From contig NC_092679.1 of NCBI RefSeq assembly GCF_964355755.1, positions 17,281,432 to 17,345,431 of the forward strand: 64,000 nucleotides of DNA, written 5' to 3'. Both the position numbers and the translations under genes were made by a program. Source of the DNA: Antedon mediterranea (taxonomy: Eukaryota; Animalia; Echinodermata). Below the pieces are notes generated by a model. It saw only the letters and a program-made list of their open reading frames with translations, was not told the origin of the DNA and made no database searches. Below are positions 48,642-64,000 of the stretch, piece by piece; position 1 is the first letter of the stretch; each line of letters begins with the position of its first letter.

Positions 48642-50324
48642 TTAAGTCCGATTTATTTAACACGCCTTTTTTTTCCTCTGAGCACCTCCGCCGCCATTAC
48701 TGAAATGGGTCACCTATATCGAGTGAATATAATGGCTTGGTCTTTGCCCTAATGCAATACTCACAATTCATATTCTATATTCTAAAAATTGCTGAATAAA
48801 TTTATATTGACGATCTACAATATGAGAAAGTATTAAAATAAAAACACATGCTCAAATATTTAAATCATCCAGGTAATACACAAATGTTTTAAGAAATTAA
48901 AAATGAATATTCAAATAAGATAAAAATAATTTAAAGAATAATCATTATCATTATTATAATATATGAATATTCAAAATAAAATAGTAAATTTAATGAATAT
49001 TCATTACCACACATGAATATTCAAATACCATAATATTATTCATATATTTTTTTCTGACTTATCGTCAGTATCGTCCATTTCAAATACAATATTCAGTAGT
49101 CCCGACTATTTACTAAATATTTAGTACCCGATATAAATAATAAGCTACTGTATGTTCACATTATTATTGTTTTTATTAACATCCTATTAAACATATTACA
49201 CACTCTGTCATTTTGGTTAAGTACTACTACTGCTGCTGCTTATATCCTAGTTAATGTAATGTTTCTAAATATAGCACATTTCCTCGTGGAAGAGTCCTTG
49301 GTCCTCTGTAGGTCATGTCACAAAAATGCACCCTATGACTTGAACCTATAACAAAACTTGGTAGTGTTATATTAACACTATTGTAAATAATATCACACAC
49401 AAAATATTAATGCATTTTAACTAATAATCCTATGTGGTTTACCAAAAATCATCACTCTAATGGCGTAGAGCTAGAACAGTCCAGAGTCACCATATCTATG
49501 TTCAGTGTCTCAACCTGGGCTGGGTTTATATTCAAGCCAAAGGAGATGTACAAAATTTGTATTATTTTCACTCCAAGATTATACATGTAAAATTGTGTAA
49601 TAAATGAAAGAGAAACTGTTTTACTGACAATGATTTCTCAGTTTAGTATTTCAACTTTCTTTTTGAAATATTAATTTGCAAAATCAATGCATAATAATAT
49701 GTATATTACTCAAGAAAGAGCACTAATTTCATTGCAATATGCCATGAATACTTTTTGTATATAAAATGCAATTTATATACATTTAAATTTACTGATAGCA
49801 TTAAAAAGAAAAGAAATGGTTTAAATTGGATACCAGTTTTCCTTTTATAAAAGACTGTGTTGACAATGATTGCCGGTGCTGTAATGTTTGACTCGTCCTT
49901 TAGATGCGCTATTACGCTGTTGGTTCTGTGTCCACAGGTTCACAAAAACGTGGCATGCTGGTAGATGATTCTCAGTCGCTCGAACTGTGGGACTATGTGT
50001 CTGAAATCATTGTAGTAGGTCTAAAAAGCCAAATACAAATAACCAGGCCACTGACCCTGTTTTGGAGTTTGAACACCAAATAACTAATTCTCTCTGTGCC
50101 ATTTGTAGCTGTATTACATCACCACAAATTACCCTAATTTGACAGACTCTGGGTAAGTATGCATGCTGTCAAAATCTGCTGATGAAGTTATTTTTTTTAA
50201 ATTATTTTTATATATAACGTTGGTTATAGTTTTTTTGTTGAGTATAATTTTTGTGTGAGTGTTAAATTAACTTAATTAAATTAAATAGAGTATTTTAAGC
50301 ATTGAGTTTTAGTCAACAAAAAAA

Positions 50325-50890
50325 AAACTTGTGATTTTCAATGTTTAATATGTGAATGAAAAAATACTCTTTTCTGTTAAGCACGATTAGGCGTCGTCGA
50401 TATACAGTACGCTTGCCAATTGGTGAAAAAATTAGTAGCTCAACGAAAAAGCTTGTGATTTTCAATGTTTAATATGTGAATGAAAAAATACTCTTTTCTG
50501 TTAAGCACGATTAGGCGTCGTCGATATACAGTACGCTTGCCAATTGGTGAAAAAATTAGTAGCTCAACGAAAAAGCTTGCGATTTTCAATGTTTATTATG
50601 CGAATGAAAAAATGCTCTTTTCTGTTAAGCACGATTAGGTGTCGTCGATATACAGTACACTTGCCAATTGGTGAAAAAATTAGTAGCTCAACGAAAAAGC
50701 TTGCGATTTTCAATGTTTATTATGCGAATGAAAAAATGCTCTTTTCTGTTAAGCACGATTAGGCGTCGTCGATATACAGTACGCTTGCCAATTGGTGAAA
50801 AAATTAGTAGCTCAACGAAAAAGCTTGCGATTTTCAATGTTTATTATGCGAATGAAAAAATGCTCAAAAGATTTTCTGTTGAGCACAATG
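50325..50890. repeat. ~124-bp tandem repeat, ~4.5 copies
   Basis: GCACGATTAGG[C/T]GTCGTCGATATACAGTAC recurs at ~50381, 50506, 50629, 50753. Confidence 0.95.
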
Positions 50891-51815
50891 ATTAAATGTC
50901 GTAGATATATGCTTGCCGATTTTAATCGAATTGCGAACATTTTTTAATGACAATTCAATGTGTAATTATACATTCATTGCATTATTGAACACTTTTTTTC
51001 TGGCAAGACGTGATGCAAACCTATCTGTTTAGAATCAGATTTTCAAATGTTGCGTAGTCGCGGAAGTTATCACTGATCTCTTTGTAAGCATACGCTAATT
51101 CTCTACTATTTCTAGTCTTTTTTTATATCTATAATAAGTATACCACAGATAGCATCATTTTGTATGTACGAATGTTTTTAGAATTTTAAATATTTCTCAC
51201 AGAAAACAATTGTATGTAATGCATTGTAATTGACTTTTTGAATGAATGAAAATTTCATTTTGATTAATAAATGTTTTATGAGTGGAAGTATGCGATGTAA
51301 ATGACTTTTTGAAAAATTAAGGCAGCCGTCACTTGTTGCGACCACACAATTCAAAATTCTATAGCCATTGATACAATCATGTATCAAGGCGGCATTTTCA
51401 AAAATTATTTCTTATAATAGTGACATTCAGCATCTACATATTTATACATTGCTAATGCTGCAGAAAACTACAGCAGAAATGCATTAAAATGTTCAAAAAC
51501 TGCAAAAAATCACGAGAGGTTTACTCTGTATATGGCTTTTGCCAACCTGACGTTTTCAATACTTTTTCGAATCTATCCAAAATGCAATCCCACACTTGAA
51601 TGTGAAGATAGTTGTATCTTATTCTTGTGCACAAACGATTCCGTAATTCCCTGATGGCTTTAAATAGGGCAAATTAGGAAACCTTGTTTATCATCTCCAT
51701 GGCAACCTGGAATTATACAGCACTTGTGTGTCACAATGCTATTTCTGTATGGTATCCAAGTTCCATGCTTGTCTTCCAAAATTACAGAGTGTATATTTCA
51801 AAAATTTTGTCTTCT

Positions 51816-60978
<9,163 letters not shown>

Positions 60979-61049
60979 CTGTAGACACAAACAAGTTCCA
61001 ATAATCAAGACTTGGTTTGAATTTCTCAGATTTTATTAGTTAAATATTA

Positions 61050-61314
61050 CCGTATATCCTCGGCGTAATCCCACTTCAGGTCTAATCCCACTCCTTACAT
61101 TAGGTAATAAACATATCCCCGGATATAGTCATAGCATTGCTCTGGATGTAGACCTCTTTCTAGCCAGTTCAGATGAGTTTTTACATGAAATGCTTGAACT
61201 AGGGTTTCCCTTTCCCCGGGGTATAGTTCCACCACAACAGCCCCCCGCCCACCCCTAAAGTCGGCCTAATTTTATGTTTATCTAAGGCATGGGGTTATAC
61301 CAGAGGATATACGG
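61050..61314. mobile_element. Tc1/mariner (pogo-like) MITE
   Basis: TA|CCGTATATCCTC ... GAGGATATACGG|TA. Confidence 0.8.
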
Positions 61315-64000
61315 TAATATTAATAATTTTTGTTAATTCTGAAAATGCTAAATCAATCATTTTACATATTTTACTGTGAAATGTGTTTATCATTACTTCT
61401 TGAATTACCATACCAAGTGGGCTTGTAGTGGATTACAAATATACACATTATCCTTCTATTGAACATCTATACAAGCACTCCCTACCTCAATGTATAGAAG
61501 ATGATGAACTGTATGGTTGATACAGTACAGATATTAATATTAAAGAGCTTTTGAGACGACCAATGACCTAGAAACATGTCAGGCCATGTCAATTCATTTT
61601 GTGGGAAGTTGAATGTTTCCTCCTCACACTATTCGTCAACACGGTTTTCGTGGGCTCTAGGTTTAGGCAAGGTTGTCGCAAATCATGAGTTTAGTTTAGT
61701 ACATACAGATCATTGTTTGCAGCCAGTCCAATTTACACAGCCAAAAAAATACATTAAATCTCAAGAACCTAAGGTTTTAAATGCTAGTTTGTGCATAGTG
61801 ATATTATAATGGTTATCTGTCTATGTCTAACCATCAACCATAAAGGATACCAAATAATAAGTAAGAAATTGAATGTAACAAATGCCACAAAATACAGGAA
61901 CTTAAGGAGCTTTTCAGCGTATCTAAAATAACTAACCTCCTTAGTTAGACATAAATACTAGCCAGCTGTATGTATTCCACAATATAGTAATAAAACATAT
62001 CTTATCAGCTTATATCATCTTAGGTACATGAGAATAGCTGAAAACTTTGATAGCGCCATCATCATTTCACAGGCAAGACATTAGTTTGAATGTTAACAAA
62101 ACATCGTTGAAATTGAATTAGTGGCTGTTTTAACAATGCATGAATTACAGTGGAAATTGGTAATTCAGTATTACATAATACCACCATACAGCTACTTACC
62201 TATGATTATCCACAAAGCATTGTTGTTATAAAATTCATAGATAATTAACCTACAGTGAATCAGATTACAAAAATTTAGATATAATATCTAAATAAAAAAA
62301 AATTAATTAAAAATGTACTAAATTAAAAACGTAAAAACTAAAGGTAGATAAAAATTAATCTCAATGATTTGTTTATAAATAAACAACAAGGTAAACAGTT
62401 ACATTAACCCAGACTAAAGACAAAGTCTGGTCTACCATGTTTTTCTTTTGCAGTTTTGCAGGTCAATATTTCTTTCAAAAATCAATAATAATATTTTCTG
62501 GGATAATTTGAATATAAAAATATAATTAAAACTGTTTAACATTTAATTTCAGTTAACTCTTCCTTTAACTAAATTTCTGGTTTCCTGTGTTAAAAGTCAT
62601 ATAATGCTTTTTGAATGGGTTTATGGTTTTCAGAGAATTTTAATTTTGGCAGAGTCCACCACAGTAAGTAACGTATTAAAATTTACAAACCACAGCATAA
62701 ACATATGGTCAGCTTTAATTTTATTATAAATTAAATGAAAACAACAAGTAGATATTAAAAAATATTAATTAAATTGTTTATCTTATTTTTAAAATATTTT
62801 GTTTTGTTTTTGTTTTCAGCATTTATAATAATAATAATGGTAGTCTTATTTAGCATCTAATACAATGTTTCTAAGTGCTTCACACAAAAAATGATCCATA
62901 AAATATCAATCAGTCACAGGATGAGAATTACATTAATATTTACTAAACTAATTCTCTTAGGATTTGAACCCAGGAGCTTGGAAATAGGCAAGAATCTTAA
63001 CCTTATACAGTATAACTAGGGAAGAGTGTTCACTCTTTCCTGGTATAACCAAGCCCAATACACCAATAACAAATGATCTAAATCTAGACACTCAGAAATT
63101 CCAACTTTAAAAAAAAAACTGATTGTTTATAGTAGTTTTAGATAATAGGTTGACTAAGCCTAAACATGACATCAGATTTGCATGAGTTTTATTCTTTAAA
63201 TTTGTTAATACTGTATGTGCAATTTAAACAACTTAATATAGTATTACAAAGAAATCTAAACGCCACTTTGAATTAATTTCAACCTATAGATAGATATGGG
63301 TAAACATTAAAGTTCCATGATAAATACACATGTTCTTCCCTGAATTACAAGAAACACATAGTACTAAAATTGCTCAGGGCACGCACGCGAAGAAGAATTG
63401 TACTATTTAATAATATATTTCTTGTACTGTATTTTCTCCCCTATAGAGGTATGTATGCCCACATGTAACCTGTTTACAAAAAGCTCCAATCTCTATTCCA
63501 CCCGAAACTTTCATGGAATTTAAATTTTAACTGGTATAACTCCCCTATGTATACAATGTAATCTTATGTTATAATATTTGTTGGTGTGCATTAATCTAAA
63601 ACAAGGGGAAATCCAGGATTTTACTAATGGATCTGCCTTGATACAGTAGGAACTAATTGTTAAAAAATGTTTTTCCTGAAATAGATAGTAAACTATTCTT
63701 GAATGGAACCACCCATACGAAATATCTAGCTTTATCTTTTTACTGTATACATACAGTATATAAATTTTGAAAACGGTTGACAAATTAAATTTAAAAAAAA
63801 CAAAAATAATATTAAATTGTCCAAGTTTTCATAATAAGTCGATTGTAGAAATTGTAATAATGATTATGATAACGAGAATGATTATGATAACGAGGATGAT
63901 AATGATGAGAAATGTACTATGATAGTATGGCAAACCTCTTGCATTCAATTATGTTAATTGAAATAAGCACCTTTTAGACATTTGTACTGCATTGTACATG

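Noticed and set aside
50544-50895. Two similar 72-75 aa ORFs
   Set aside because: Products of the 124-bp tandem repeat

Overview
AT-rich, intron-containing animal DNA (an invertebrate; the gene set and SINE types are compatible with a deuterostome such as an echinoderm, but the taxon cannot be fixed from this window). Genes assembled by hand from splice sites and frame: first coding exon of an unidentified minus-strand gene (2368-2413), head-to-head with OPA3 (2845-3700, +); CCDC61/VFL3 (6124-20526, -, 15 coding exons); an intronless ORF with a SARM1-like TIR fold (23192-24883, +); GINS1/Psf1 (39174-46170, +, 8 exons); and the 3' part of protein kinase D (51816-60978, -). Main findings: (1) a minor-spliceosome AT-AC intron in CCDC61 that contains an uninterrupted CR1-group LINE; (2) that LINE has a 2A/StopGo motif (DIEVNPG|P) separating a 247-aa leader with a hydrophobic N-terminus and an internal duplication from EN-RT; (3) an ~11.2-kb nested foldback (27901-39136) built from 101-bp hairpin satellite units in opposite orientations, whose right tip is the E2F-like site 37 bp upstream of the GINS1 ATG; (4) two Helitron-like elements with a co-varying terminal hairpin, one with a demonstrable TSD-less A|T insertion site. 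Many MITEs, tRNA-SINEs and minisatellites are also present. Most short ORFs in the supplied track are repeat artefacts or exon fragments. All family assignments come from recalled motifs, not database searches.
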